Positions 34,183-47,457 of a stretch of DNA of 64,000 nucleotides are shown here, in pieces. Origin of the DNA: Gonapodya sp. JEL0774 (lineage: Eukaryota); the NCBI GenBank assembly GCA_027604505.1, contig JADIIX010000101.1, forward strand, positions 1 to 64,000. Direction: 5' to 3'. The number at the start of each line of letters is the position of its first letter. Position 1 is the first letter of the stretch. The position numbers and the translations under genes are program-made. Under the pieces are notes generated by a model that had not been told where the DNA came from, searched no databases, and saw only the letters and a program-made list of their open reading frames with translations.

Positions 34183-37100
34183 ATGGTTGGCGGATCTTCC
34201 AGCAGTACGACAGGAGAAGTGCCCGCGTGGCACAAGTTCGTCGGCTTAGGACTTGCGCTCTTGTCCACGACATTTATTGGAACGTCGTTTATCCTGAAGA
34301 AGAAAGGGTTGCTGGAGAGTAGGTACTACGTCACACCTCTGTCATTTAGCATCGACTGATCGCTCAAAGCATCTCGTGATACTTGCAAACGTCCTTGTAC
34401 TCCTTGAACGATCGTATGCACAACTGCATACTGTCTTTGCAATGCTGATTTGCCGAATCAGGTCACGAGTTGGAGAAACAGCGAGGGAACGAATCGAAAG
34501 CGGGCGAGGGTCACGCCTACCTTAGTAATTGGAAATGGTGGACAGGAATGATAATGATGCTCGCTGGTGAAAGTGAGTATCGCCAGGCGTCACATGGCTG
34601 GGACACTGTCTTGTGTGGTGGAGTCCCCAAGAGTGTTTTCAAACATCCGTGTTCCCTCCCTTCAGTTTTGAATTTTGTGGCGTACGCGTTCGCCCCAGCG
34701 ATTCTTGTGACGCCGCTGGGCGCGCTCTCGGTGGTAATCTCTGCCGCGCTGTCTGGTTGGCTGCTCAACGAGAGGTTATCCTTGGCAGGCAAAGTTGGTT
34801 GCCTACAATGTGAGAACCCAAAACTCCTACGAACAGTTCCTTCTAATCTACTCAATATTGACTATGAGTTGTCGTCGCTCTTCCACTGCTTTAGGTATTC
34901 TTGGAGCCATCATCATTGTACTCTATTCACCCGAAACCAGCTCGACATCAACAATACCCCAATTCTTTTATGGCTACGTATTCCAGCCAGGTATCGTATA
35001 TCCCGATACTCGTTTTGATATTTATGTGAACGATTTGCCCTATATCTTGTTGATATCAAACCTCCTCCAGGTTTCCTAGTGTATTTTTTCCTGATTGCGG
35101 GTCTTCTCCTCGTTTTCATATTTTACCTTTGTCCGCGTTATGGCCACCTGAATCCACTTGTACATATAACTGTTTGCTCGTTGGGTGGTGGATTTCTCGT
35201 CCTCGCCACCCAAGGTGAGATCACGGGACGGGGGTGCTGAGTTGACATTGATGTCAGAATTGCATCTGAACTAACGGCACGATTCTAAGGGCTCGGGTCG
35301 TCGATCGTGTGGTCATTCTCTCACTGGGAAGATGATAACCAATTCAAAGAGTGGTTATTCTACCCGCTTCTCCTCTTTGTAGTATCCTGCGCCATTTTTC
35401 AGATCAACTTCCTGAATAAGGTAGGAGAATTTCAGTTCTGTGCGACCACAGTTTTACTCAAATCTCCCATGTCTTGGTTGCGATAAAAGGCATTGAATAT
35501 CTTTTCGACCGCTATCGTGACTCCTGTTTACTATGTCTTCTTCACAACGGCAACAATTATTTCCTCCTTTGTCCTTTTCCGCGGTACGTCTGGTGCAGGC
35601 CCCGACGCCATTCAGATCATCACGTTGCTCGTAGGCTTCTTCACTATTGTCGGCGGCGTGGGCCTGTTGTATGAAGATTCGACAAGGTAAGTCAAGTCAA
35701 TTTTCAACCGTCTCCCCGAGCCATTTCAGGCATTCACTGGGCATCATGTTGGTAAACATAATAGACGCCTAATCCCTGTTGTCGTGGAGAGCGCACAAGC
35801 AATTGAGCACGCCGTTGCTACGACACTTCGGCGCGGCAGCAATCAACCATTTGGGAACCCGAAAGCATCCAAGTCCGCGTACAAAGTCTCAGATTCCAAC
35901 CTTGCCCTGACAGACACTATGTACTCCGAAAACGTGGGAGGAATTCTGGCAGAGGACGGAAATACGAAAGTGTCAGAGGACGGTATGCCAATTGCTACTG
36001 AATTCACGGACTACCGACAACCAGAATCCATCCAGCCACGGTACGAGCTGAATAATAGCTATCCTTCGAATAGCAATCTGCGGTCTCGAGAGCCTCATGT
36101 TGCTGGAACCCTGGATAGCGTTTCTTTCTCGGTGACCGCGAACGGCAGCGACGGAAAATCCCCCCAATTGACTTCAGCAACGCTTGCCCGTCACGATGCA
36201 GGTACTGGCTATCACAATCTTCCAAGGATACCCAGTGAAGACGGTCAAGTATCTCGAGGACCTCGACAGACTCACACACTGGGGAGTACTCTTCACCATC
36301 ACCGCACCCTCACTCCCGCGAGTCACGGATACAGCAACTCTCAGTATCCGGAACTGGCGACGGGTGTGTCACCTTCAATGCGGTGGGCGCGCTCGATCAC
36401 TCCCACTTCTCGCACTTCTTCGCATGCATCGGTGCTCCGTTTCCCTGGTGATTCGCCGCTACCGGATGAAAGACCGGGTCCTCCTCCGAGTTTGGCTGAT
36501 TCAATGTACGAAGATATGCCGCTCGCGAGCTTGGGTTTGTTTGGATCATTACTTTCGCTGCGACGAAAGAACTCTCTTTCGAGGGCGGACACTGGTGAGA
36601 AAGTGACCACTTCTTTGCATTAGTTTGCTTTCTCTCAATACTTCCAACGCCTCTGGTAGAATTGTCCGCCATGATGCACCCGTCCTCGAGCAATGTGGAC
36701 GACCCAGAGTTGATGGGTGGCGGCACACGAACTGTGACAGTCTCCCTCGGCCGTCAGCTGGGGAACGGATCTCTTCGTCGCGATTTTACTGCTCCAGCGT
36801 CAATGTTGACTGCGCGGCCGTTGTCACTTGGTATGCGAGGACAGAGTCCGAACGGACTTCCGCCTGCTGTAGCACCACATGACCACCATCCCTCGCCACT
36901 GGGTCGCGGAACTCTCCCTCCAGTGAGTCTTCTTAAGCACCATAACATAGTCGGAGCACCGCCCAGCGAGACTCCAGGCGATCCTGTCACATTTGCGAGC
37001 ATGTACAAGTCGAACCTCGCTCCCGCCACGACAGCAACTCCCCGCGCAAACGGTACGCGAGAGATGGGCAACGACCCACCTTTGAATGAGCGCGGACTAG

Positions 37101-37297
37101 ATGAAAGTGACAATACCGCATCTCCTTCTCCAGGGGAAGCTGAACCTTTGGTGGGGCCACCAGTCTCAGGTGAAGTCGCCGTAAAGGACTTGACATTGGC
37201 GCAACCAAACGCGAGCCCTCGCGAACCCGAACGGTTGGATGATCCAAATGAAGAAAGTCAAGTAGATTTTGGTCGTTCGTTAGATCAAATTCGGTAG
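34183..37297 (+). CDS. NIPA-type Mg2+ transporter (DUF803) with long disordered C-terminal tail
   Basis: [92 protein letters not shown]. Confidence 0.9.
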
Positions 37298-38348
37298 CTC
37301 TTTATTTTCCGTGTAAATCTCGTAGAAGTGCGTTGTTTGCACTTGATCAGTCGAGGACTGTGCAGAGTGCTAACGCCCCGATTTTCATTTGGTGGCAATA
37401 GAGTGATTGCATGATATTTGTTGCCTCCAAAGAACCCTACACACTTACACAGAGAACATGACGTGGCAGGAAGGTGTCTTTGGTAAAATCAGAAAGACAC
37501 GTGATTAGGTATGAAGTATGTAGTGGTCCGTCACTCTGATCATTTGACCAAATATCACGGGATGTCTGAAATTAGAATGTGGACTGGCACCGGATAGGAG
37601 CAGAGTCCAGCTCCAGTGGTGATGGCCGAGGGGTTTCACCAAGAACATCAAAAAACGAAGGCATAAGACATGCACCAGAGAGTACGGGGCTGGGAGTGGC
37701 AGCAGGAAGTGTGAGACAGAGAGTCAGGGAGGGGGGTGACGTCATGCGCCAGTACGTGAGCACTATCAAACAGCCAAAGACACAAGAATAAAAGGTAGTT
37801 GCAGAACGTCCAAACGGCATGAGTGCGGAAAAGAGGCTCTAGGGTACATTTGTGAGCAATGGGTCTGTGGGCTCTCCCAAAAAGGAAAGGACAGAAGCGG
37901 TGCGGAGCGGTTCAATGATCAGCTACGATAAAGAGGGAAACGTGGGTGTAGTGGACGAAAGCGGATTCGGGGAGGGGCACTCAGAAACAAGACGAGAGAT
38001 GCGTTGGAGTCAGGGAGCCCCTCCTTTTTCAGAATTCAAATACATCGTAATCCATGAAGATACTTGGAGCAGGACCAGCGACGGTGGGGTGTGCGAGGTG
38101 GGGCCCGCTGCCAAAAAAAAAAGATCGACGGGCGATGTATGCGAAAATTGGACCGAGAGCGGACCAAGCAGAGTGTGGTGTTGGTGTGTACTGCACAGAG
38201 AGAGTATGGCTTTGGTCGGTAGGCACACCGCACCAAATATTGCGTTCACAGTTGCACATGGCATGGCGCGGTGTGTTCACATAACACACACCGGTGGACA
38301 CACCGCATCCGAGTCCGTCTGCATTCACATTCACGGGAGCCGACGGGG

Positions 38349-40217
38349 ATGAGAGCAGTGACAGCTGTGGTGATGGGAGGCCTGTGCAGACGGGCGGGCG
38401 TTGCTCTGTGTGGGCGTGGTGCAGTCCTGCGAGTGGGACGACTGGGACAAGAGCGACTGCACGCACTGCAGACACATCCACACCCACTCCCACACTTTAA
38501 CCCAGTACACGCACTCCACCCCCTCCAGCTGTCTCCCTTCTCCACCTCCCCTCTTCCTTCCCATCCAACACCACAATCCCCTTCCCATCAATCCGTCTCC
38601 CCTCATTCCCCTCTCCCCCCCCCTCCCAACCCAACTCCCCTCAACTCCCGCTTATGGGTACTCGCAAACATCGCTGCTGCTGCTCTCCTCTATGCCGTTA
38701 TCGACCACTTTAGGCAGCCTTATCAACCCCTTGAATCCCACACCGCCAATACCAGCACCACGAATGCCAAAGACGACAGTGACCGCGAACATGGTAAGTC
38801 ACCCGCAGTGAGAGCCCAGTGAGCGAAGCGAACGGAGTGAGGGCAATGGGGGAGCGTCACCGAAATGGTGCGGACTTGACCTTCCAAGAGAGAGCCGCGA
38901 CGTGCCAAAAATGGGATGGAGAGTACGTGTAGGCAGGCTTGACCCGCCGAGAGAGGCTCCCCGACGTTCCAAATGGACTGGTAGACCCTTTATGTGTAAT
39001 TGGTTTCAATGGAAGAGCGTGTGTGCGCGCGACGCGCCTCCTACGGCCATCCACTTCGCTTTTCTGATCTGTCGGACCTGCACTTTCAACCCCTGGATGT
39101 TGCACCTCTCTCTCATCATCCCCGTTCCCCCACTTCCACGTTCCCTCTCCCTCCCCTTACTCGTATCGTTCGGCCACCTCCACTCCGTCCGCCACACTCT
39201 CCCTCCCTCCCTCCCTCCCACTGCCCCCTCCAGCCCCCCCCACCCCGCCCCCCTCCATCCTCTTCGTCCTCGGCGGCCCAGGCGCCGGCAAAGGCACCCA
39301 ATGCACCAACCTGGTCCGCGACCACGGCTTCGTCCACCTGTCCGCCGGCGACCTCCTCCGCGACGAGCAAAAGCGCCCCGGATCCCCTTACGGACAGCTC
39401 ATCGACACCTACATCAAGGAGGGCCAGGTGGTCCCCATGGAGATCACCATCGGCTTGTTGAGACGGGCCATGGCTGAATCTGTCGCGTCCGCGTCCGCAT
39501 CCGCCTCTACAGGCACATCCACGCCCACGCCCCGATTCCTCATCGACGGCTTCCCCCGCGCCCAAGACCAAGCCGACGCGTTCGAGGCCGGTGTCGCGCC
39601 GTGTCGCGCCGTGTTGTATTTCCAGTGTACCGAGGCCGAGATGGCCACCAGGTTGCTGGAGAGGGGGAGGACAAGTGGCAGGGCGGATGATAAGGGAGAG
39701 GTGCTGGGCAAGAGGTAGGTTGGGGAACGGGGGGGGGGAGGTGGGAAACAAGAGGACCGGAGGACCGGGGATCATGCTTTGTTGCATGTGGCATTGTGGC
39801 TTGAGGTCATCCCGATGTCCCCTGCCTGCCCCTGCCGATCCGAAAATAACGACGACATATATCCCTGCACGATCTGTGCACCCCAATCCGTCATCCGTCA
39901 CCGACACCGCCTTACGCAAGCTCTTTCATCTTATCCCTCGGTTTTTTGTTTCTGTTTTGTCCGCTTACTCACTCACTCACTCGCCCCCATTGGTCCCTTC
40001 CACCCCCGGTCCCCGCCTTTTTACCTCGCCCTCTGCCCTCTGCCCTCTGCCCTCCCACCGTACCCTTACCTTGGTTCCTCGGGCATGGCCCACGCCGCAT
40101 ACACCGCACACACCGCACCCACCGACCACCCAACACACTCACGTCCCACACACGTCCCACGTCCCACGTTCGGCCCCGCGCGCCCAAAATAAATCAACCG
40201 CCCACATGGAACAAACC

Positions 40218-40249
<32 letters not shown>

Positions 40250-40778
40250 AAACGACAAAATAGGTTCGCCACGTTCACCAAAACGTCGTACCCCGTGATC
40301 GAGAACTATGCGAAGAAGGGGAAGGTGATCACGGTGAGTTTGAGGTCGGGGACCGGGGTGGCTGGTAGTGGGGGTATGAAGTAGGGAGTGGGAAGGGGGA
40401 AGGCGAGCAACGCACAGACGGACCCGGATTACGGGGGTGCCTCTCACCATACCCCCTTCTGCCCTCACAACCCCAAACCCCCCCCCCCCCCCCCCCCCCA
40501 CACACACACACCAAAAGGTCTCCTGCCTCGGCACCCAGGACTCGGTCTACCACCGTACCCAACTCGCGCTTGCCGAGGCTGGGATCATCGAGTACAGTGG
40601 AGACACTGGGAACTTGGCCACCACCACCAATACCGACTCGGCGGCGGCGGGGCAGACGGCCCGCGGCGGGGGGGTGGAGGGAAAGGGGGACGCAGAGGAG
40701 GGGGCCAAGAGTTTGCTTTTGCCTGTGGCGGCAGGGGTGTTGTGGGGGGTGGGGTGGGTTGTGGCTGGGAGGAGGTGA
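38349..40778 (+). CDS. URA6: UMP-CMP (uridylate) kinase with N- and C-terminal extensions
   Basis: ILFVLGGPGAGKGTQC, FVHLSAGDLLRDEQ, IKEGQVVPMEIT, FLIDGFPR, LLERGRTSGRADD, KRFATF...SYPVI. Exons about 38349-38793, 39234-39714, 40264-40333, 40518-40778. Confidence 0.88.
40217..40249 (+). repeat. (CAA)n microsatellite, about 11 units, in an intron of the uridylate kinase gene
   Basis: caacaacaac... read directly, lying just upstream of the 3' splice site. Confidence 0.95.
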
Positions 40779-41376
40779 AGGGGGTAAGGGGGCGCGACGG
40801 GACGGGTGTGGAATGCCCGGCAGTGGTGGTTTGAGTAAAGCAGGGAGGGAGAGGGGAGAGGCGGCGATGTTACGAGCCACGAGGTTGGGGGGATACAAGG
40901 TGTATTACTGCGGGTAACGGGTAGGGAACGGGAGGAAATGGGAAAAATGATAGATGCGATTGGTGTAAAAGCACGTGAGCTGGTCTTGTGTCGTGAGCAT
41001 GGGAGTGCACGGCCGGGGGGGCGGGGCGGGGTGTTCACCACCGGTTGAACGCGGTTCACCACCAAATGAAGTACACTTCACCGCCGTTTACCAATCCCAA
41101 GTAACGGCTGCACACTATTCCGGTCACATCCACCCACTCCGACCCTCGTACCGGTTGCATCTCCGCACGATTTCCCATCGAATGACAACCTAATTTCCTT
41201 TGGACTTTGTCCGTTTCAGTTTTTTGACGTTTAAAGTTTTCCAATTTTAGATGGCACGATTGAGCCAAGGTGGGCCTCTATCTGATGAGTCTGGGAGTCG
41301 GTGACGGTGCCAAGGATCCCGAACAGGTTAGGTTTTTGGTGCACAAACCACACATTCGACGAAGCCTCATCCACGT

Positions 41377-42524
41377 ATGCTCCTCCAGAAAACCGCCATT
41401 GCCCTGATCCATCCCAGACACGCCATCCGCTCTCTGTCCTCTGCCGCGGGGCCGCCAACCTCCGCTTGGGTGGCCCTCCCCGGTCGAAAACCCATCGACA
41501 TCGCGGTGACCCCACATACCTCAGTCTCTCGTATCCTCCAGCGCGCTCGCAACCTCTTTCCAGAGAATTCGGGCTTAGGCAGGGTCGACATTGACAGACT
41601 CGACTTACGTGCCGGCCCAGACGCGCCCCCGCTGCCCCGAGACATGCCCGCGTCCGAGGCCGTCACGCAGCTCCCTGGAGGCAACTCGGCGTCGAACCCG
41701 CTCTTGGTCACCGTCGAGACCAAGACGATTCTTGTCCTGGATCTCGACGACAACCTTCGCCCCACTGGGACATACACTGCGGTCAAGATTGCGTCGGACG
41801 TGGACCTCAGGAAAATGGGTGAGTGCGGGCGCTTTGAATTTGGTATGGGACATTGGTAGATTCCGAGTCCAAGGTTCGTCAAAGGCCGCGGGCTCAAAAG
41901 TTTGGACGACCCTGCAACCAACATCAATTCTGTCGACCAGTTGGTGGACGGCGGCCAATACATGATTGACGCGCCCATTTTGGATTGGTCGTCGAAGGGC
42001 AGGTCATGGGTTGTCGCGGAAAACGCTGGGAGGGAAGCCGAGATAAGGAGGGCGCTTGAACAAGGACTGGAGGAGGCGTTTGGAACCAAGCCCAAGGTGC
42101 TACCGCGGCTCTTCTCAGACTCCAAACGGGACATCGAGGAATGGGATGGCTGCTTCGCGGTGGACTCGGTGAGGAAGCTCTTTGTTCTGGAGGTGAAGCA
42201 TGCACCTGACAAGGTATTGTGCTTGTTCACAATAGCAAGATGCGTAGCCACTGTGAGCCAACCACTTATTTTTCTCAGGACGGTTTGGACATCATTAGTT
42301 GGAGGGCGTTCATGTTCATCAAGACCGTTTGCTCGTCATTGCAGCGGGCCGACTACGAGCCGTACCTGGACTATGAGGTTGTTCCTGTGGTGGGGGGTGT
42401 GTATTTTCCCGAGGAAATTGCTGAAAGGGCCGAGAAAAACGGGATGGTGAGGTTGTTCCCATCAGGAAGCGGGTTTGCGATTGTTGGAGTGAAGGGAACG
42501 GAGGGGTCAAAAGGAGGAGGTTGA
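41377..42524 (+). CDS. Crinkler-like protein: ubiquitin-like N-terminal domain + PD-(D/E)xK restriction-endonuclease fold, about 338 aa
   Basis: Exons 41377-41818, 41885-42213, 42279-42524. N-terminal domain AWVALPG...SVSRIL...VDIDRLDL...GNSASNPLLV; nuclease motif E...EWDG...LFVLEVKH; C-terminal VVGGVYF...LFPSGSGF. Confidence 0.7.
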
Positions 42525-44543
42525 TCGAATTTGATGTGTTGCAGATTTTGTGGTACTGCATCAATGCAAAATGAAACTGGATCGATGATGGACGGTTGGT
42601 TTCTGCTCTCGCACTGCCATACACTGGCGATGACTCGGCCACCGGTAGCCCTTTCGATCGATTGGCCAGCAGCCTCCATCGCTCCGTCGCCCCCCAAAAT
42701 CGTCCCTGCTGTTGACATTCTGCACACCGGAACCAAACCTGCTTTGAAAATGGCCACGCCTACCACGCCCACCACGCCTCTACCATCCTTGGGTTGTGTT
42801 TTAGACGCGTGTGGCGCGAGACGTGCTCAGGGTAGGGTTGTTGTGGCAGTTTGAAGGATCTAACCCTCGACCCGAACGGAGATGGCCTCTTGCGCCAGGC
42901 TCCACGCGTTGGTACAAGTGCCACGGACTGCGACCTTGTGAATAAGAAGGCGGGGCTGGTGCGGTGAGAGGAGCTTCTTCATGATGACATGGACCTCATG
43001 GACTCGGACTGCGTCCCTGGACCGCAACAACTTCATCTTCGAGTGCATTGTGAGTCCGCATTGAGGTATACACGTTCACACGACATAATCTCCACTCGCT
43101 TTCTGTACTACGTTTCCCATCCCTTTTGATCTCCCTTTTCGCCAGTACGGCGGGCGGCGGGCGGCAAGATCCCTCTCCCGAAGGTATGAACTCGAACAGC
43201 TGTCACGAGGATCCGCCGTCTCCCTTGGACAGCGGGACTGGCTGTTCGTGCACTTGGGATGGAACCTACCTGCGATGGGCCAGACACGATGGAACAAGAC
43301 ATGGGTACTCAGTACTCACAGGATACAAAAGTACCAAATCACGACCTCTCTTTCGACGTACCGTGCTTCAGATCTCGAGTTTGACTTTCGCCAAGAAAAC
43401 GCTGACCACCACCACCACCACCACCTCGCACCCCACGATGGCAGACGGTTTTCATGGGGTCACAAGTCTGATCTTGGAAGCTGTGATGATCGGTCATGGT
43501 GAACGAAGGTCTGGTTGACCACCTGGCCGCAGGCTCTGAACCATTCCTTATTTGATGTATTTCATACGGGGTTCTGGGATTGACACTCACTACCGTGCCC
43601 TTGGGAGGTCGTTGGGCGTAGTAGTGATGTCACCGCATCCACCGTCCGAACCACACTCGCCCATGCGGCCCGCGTAGTCTTGGACGTGTAATTCTCGACT
43701 CACGTTCACCACGTGGCTTGAATTTGTTTCTTTCTTTCTTTTCTCGCTTTTTTTTGAAACCGCTTCTGTACCTTGATCACCCAACTCGTTTGAGGTGGGG
43801 TCATTTGGATCGGCTCCAGACGTGTTTCACCATGGTCAAATGTCAATGTGTTTGTGAAACACAATCACCTACACTTGGCGTGTCTTTGGCCACACCAGCC
43901 CACAAGCTCTCTCATCTGTGATCCGTGGCCGCATCAATAGAAGTTTATACCACTGTGACTATCAAACAAACAAAGACAAAATCCAGAGCAAACTAAAAAG
44001 ACAATCCACACGAGAGCAATTATGACGCAACCTTCACATACATGGATGATTACGACTATCCACCCAAATCAAAATACCACCACATTGCTACAACGTTGGT
44101 GGGAGCGTCAGCACAGCCAGACTCCCAATTCCAACGAGATGTAAGACCAGCTCCCGCGGTGCACTGGCTCCCGTCCTCAGCCACACCACTTCACACAAGT
44201 AATGGTGGAACATTGACTGGTGCTGGGGAGGCAGGATTGTTGCATCAAGTAAGAGTTGCGCGATACACATGATTCTGGTTCATGAAGGAAAAATGGAAGA
44301 GAGTTCCTCGACGAAAATGGGGTTCTCTGCTTGGCATCGAGTGCACTATTTATGTGGCAGCTCTGCAGGGACCACCAGCTTCGTGCTGGGACAGAAAAAC
44401 AGCTTGCCCGTTCCACCCGTCGAACGCATTCGCCCACCTCTGAAGCTAGATTCGATTTGCCAGACGACACGGGATAAAACGAATAAACTTGATTTGGTTT
44501 GCCGCTACATTCTTCTCTCTACTGCTAATCGGGATCCCAAACG

Positions 44544-46718
44544 ATGGCGAACACAAACGACGACTTGAGCTCCAAGATTCTCAAGCAAGTTGAATTCTAC
44601 TTCTCGGACTCAAACTTAGTCAAGGATAAGTTCTTAATTGGGGAGATTCAAAAGGATGCGGAGGGATGTGAGTAGATGGAGGGAAGGACGGGGGATGTTT
44701 GGGAACGGAAGGAGAAAGGGAGGAGAACGTGCAAAGACAGTTATGCCGAGGAACTGGAACAAGCCTGATTTAGACGTGGTTTCGTTCACGACTGCGGATT
44801 GTCAGTATCGTGACTTGAATCGGTGTTGCTCGTTCCCAGACCCACGATGATTATCCTCGCCCATTGTTGCCTCTTCAATTCCACAGGGGTCCCCATCTCC
44901 GTCCTCCTCACATTCAACCGCCTCCGTCAGCTATCGAACGACTCGAGCGTCGTCGCTCAGGCTCTGAAACAGTCAAAATCCATGCTGGAAGTCAGAGATG
45001 AAGGACCCGCTGTGAGGAGGATCACTCAGGTTGCTGTGCACCCGAAGTACAACTCTAGGTCCATTTTTGTGGTAAGTGGACGAGAATTTATCCTTTGCAA
45101 CGGCGCTTATGAGGCTTAGCAAGGTGGCTGCGACTATTTGCGGTACTCTGATTTGACAAATGTTCCACCTTGCATCTTCCTTGATTGTCCATCACCACGA
45201 TCCTGATCACTCCAGTCCAACTTTCCCACCGATCTCGTCTCCCCCATCGACACTATCATGACCCACTACGAATCGTGTGAGCCCAGGAATGTCCACCCGC
45301 AGAGAGAAAAGGTGTTCCAGGGGGGCGAGAAGAGCTGGAAATTCAATGTGGGTTCAATGAATCACAACATGAGGAGCAAGTGCCAAAAGTTTAAGTGTTG
45401 TCGATCGAGCGGCAGGGAAATGTTCGGAGGAGCATGTCGATTTGCATATGTGCCTTGTGGGGCATTGGGGATCTCGAATGGGCAGGATCTTTATTGAGAA
45501 TGACGACTGGCAGTGGGAGTCATTTCAACAGTGTCGATTGCGCCTGATGGAGTTTTTGAACTCCGCGCTGTGCAAGACGTGTTCATATCGTCATCCATCT
45601 GTTCAACTACCGTCACCACCAACACATCATGTTCTTTTTCAAAAGGGCACTGCATTCGTCGAATTTCCCACCGTTGCGCTCGCCGCTGCGGCTCTTGAAC
45701 TCAAGACCTTCAAAACCCCAGAAGGCAACGAGGTAACCTTGTCGGCACAACTCCGCAAAGAATGGCTCGAGACTCACGGCAAAGCTCGTCATTCACGGAA
45801 GGAGGGTGAAGATGGGGCGAGCAACGGTGGCCAAGAGCCCAAGAAAGATGAGGAGGAGACAGCCGACGACAATTCGACAATAATCAACCCACTCACGCGT
45901 GGACTCTTCACGCTGCACTATCTTCCTGGCGGAGCCATGCACAACTTGGAGACCGAGGACCGTAAGGGGCGGAAGCAGACTCCGAAGAAGGAGGCCAAGA
46001 ACAAGGACGAGGATGAGGAACAAGAAGAGGAGGAGGAGAAAGTTCAGGTGGAGCCGGTTCCAAGAGTTGCTGGGGGCTTGCTGCGTGCAGAAGGGTTCAG
46101 GTGCGTTCGTGGAATGTTCTATCACTCTATTTACTCAAATGTCACTGTGTTTACGATGAACCGCCTTCGCATTTCCCTCAGTGATCTCGCAACCCGGGAC
46201 GACCTCAAACTCCACTTTCTCTCATTCGGAGGCATCCGATGGACTGACTACGACCGGAACACACACGTTGGTTATGTCTTGTATGACGACGAGAACCGTG
46301 GTAAAGAGGTGATTGAGGCCTGGGCAAAGGCCAAGGATGGAGAGGAGGTAGAAGTTGCGGGAAAGAAGATAGTGAAGGTACTGCATGGGAAGGAGATCGC
46401 GGTAAGGGAAGCAACGGGTGCGTCCTTTTTTTTTTTGGTTGACACGCTTTGCAACAAGGATTAACCCCTCCTGCACTCTGGGATTCGACAGACGAAGAGA
46501 CCGAATCGTTCTACACAGGCTACGCGGAACGTCGCGCCGCTCTCAGATCTGGTGGGTCCCGCGGCCGCGGTGACCGCGGTGGTCGGGGCGGTCGCGGCGG
46601 GCGTGGCGGTCGCGGAGGTGGTGGTCGTGGAGGACGAGGAGGCTGGGGCGGAGGAAGGGGCGGCAAGAGGAAGGGCGAAGACTTGGGTGAAGGCGGTGGG
46701 AAGAGGCAGAGGAACTGA
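44544..46718 (+). CDS. LHP1: La protein (La motif + RRM1 + RRM2 + RGG tail)
   Basis: KILKQVEFYFSDSNLVKDKFL, WVPISVLLTFNRLRQL, KGTAFVEF, second RRM TRDDLKLHF..FGGIRWTDY...GYV, RGG repeats and a basic C-terminus. Confidence 0.9.
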
Positions 46719-47457
46719 ACGGCAGAATGATGAATATCAGAAAAAGACCTACTTACTAGCACAAAAATCATGCGAAGTCTTGAGAGGTTTTTCTATTTTA
46801 GATGCAACTTGCAAGTCTGCAGAAGTTTGTTGCCATGTGGATAATGCTGATAATTGAGGATCGCCCCCAGACTCGCGTTCTTTCCAAGGAGAAACAATTA
46901 TTCCACAACGTAAGAAGTCATCATCTTTTCGACGGTTCGCGTCCTCGCCAGCAGTAAGGTATGGTCTTTATTGTACCTCTCTAGTTGTTAGTCCGTATTT
47001 GTACTTGGTATACATGCATCTCTGTCGTGACATCAACTTCAATCTTACTGCGGCCCGCCAGGGATAGCTACTAAAATAGTGCGCAGTAAATGCACTTATG
47101 TTTGACTTGGTTGCTTTTGTTTTCGGATCTCGAGAGGCATGTGGCCATGTAGTATTAGAAAACCAGGTGAAGAGATTACATAGCATCAGCTTGTGCTCTT
47201 CCCAATCGTTTCTGCTGTTTGTTGCACCTTTATCGTCGAAAATATTGCTGTCGCATGGGTATAAATCCTTTTCCACTATCACAAGAACACGAAGATCCGA
47301 TAAAAGCAAGAGTCTTACCTAGCAGTAAATGAGAATGCAATCGTATAATATAGTAGTGGAGTGTCTCTCGGCGCTTCCTTGCAGTGTCTTTGCTCATCAT
47401 CTTATCATGCTGTCTGAGTGTGGCACATCCTTTTGCGGGGTTTTGGTTCTCCTGCAG

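Noticed and set aside
42860..44500. Scattered short ORFs after the Crinkler-like gene (possible transposon remnants)
   Set aside because: No transposase or RT motifs, terminal repeats or target-site duplications could be identified.
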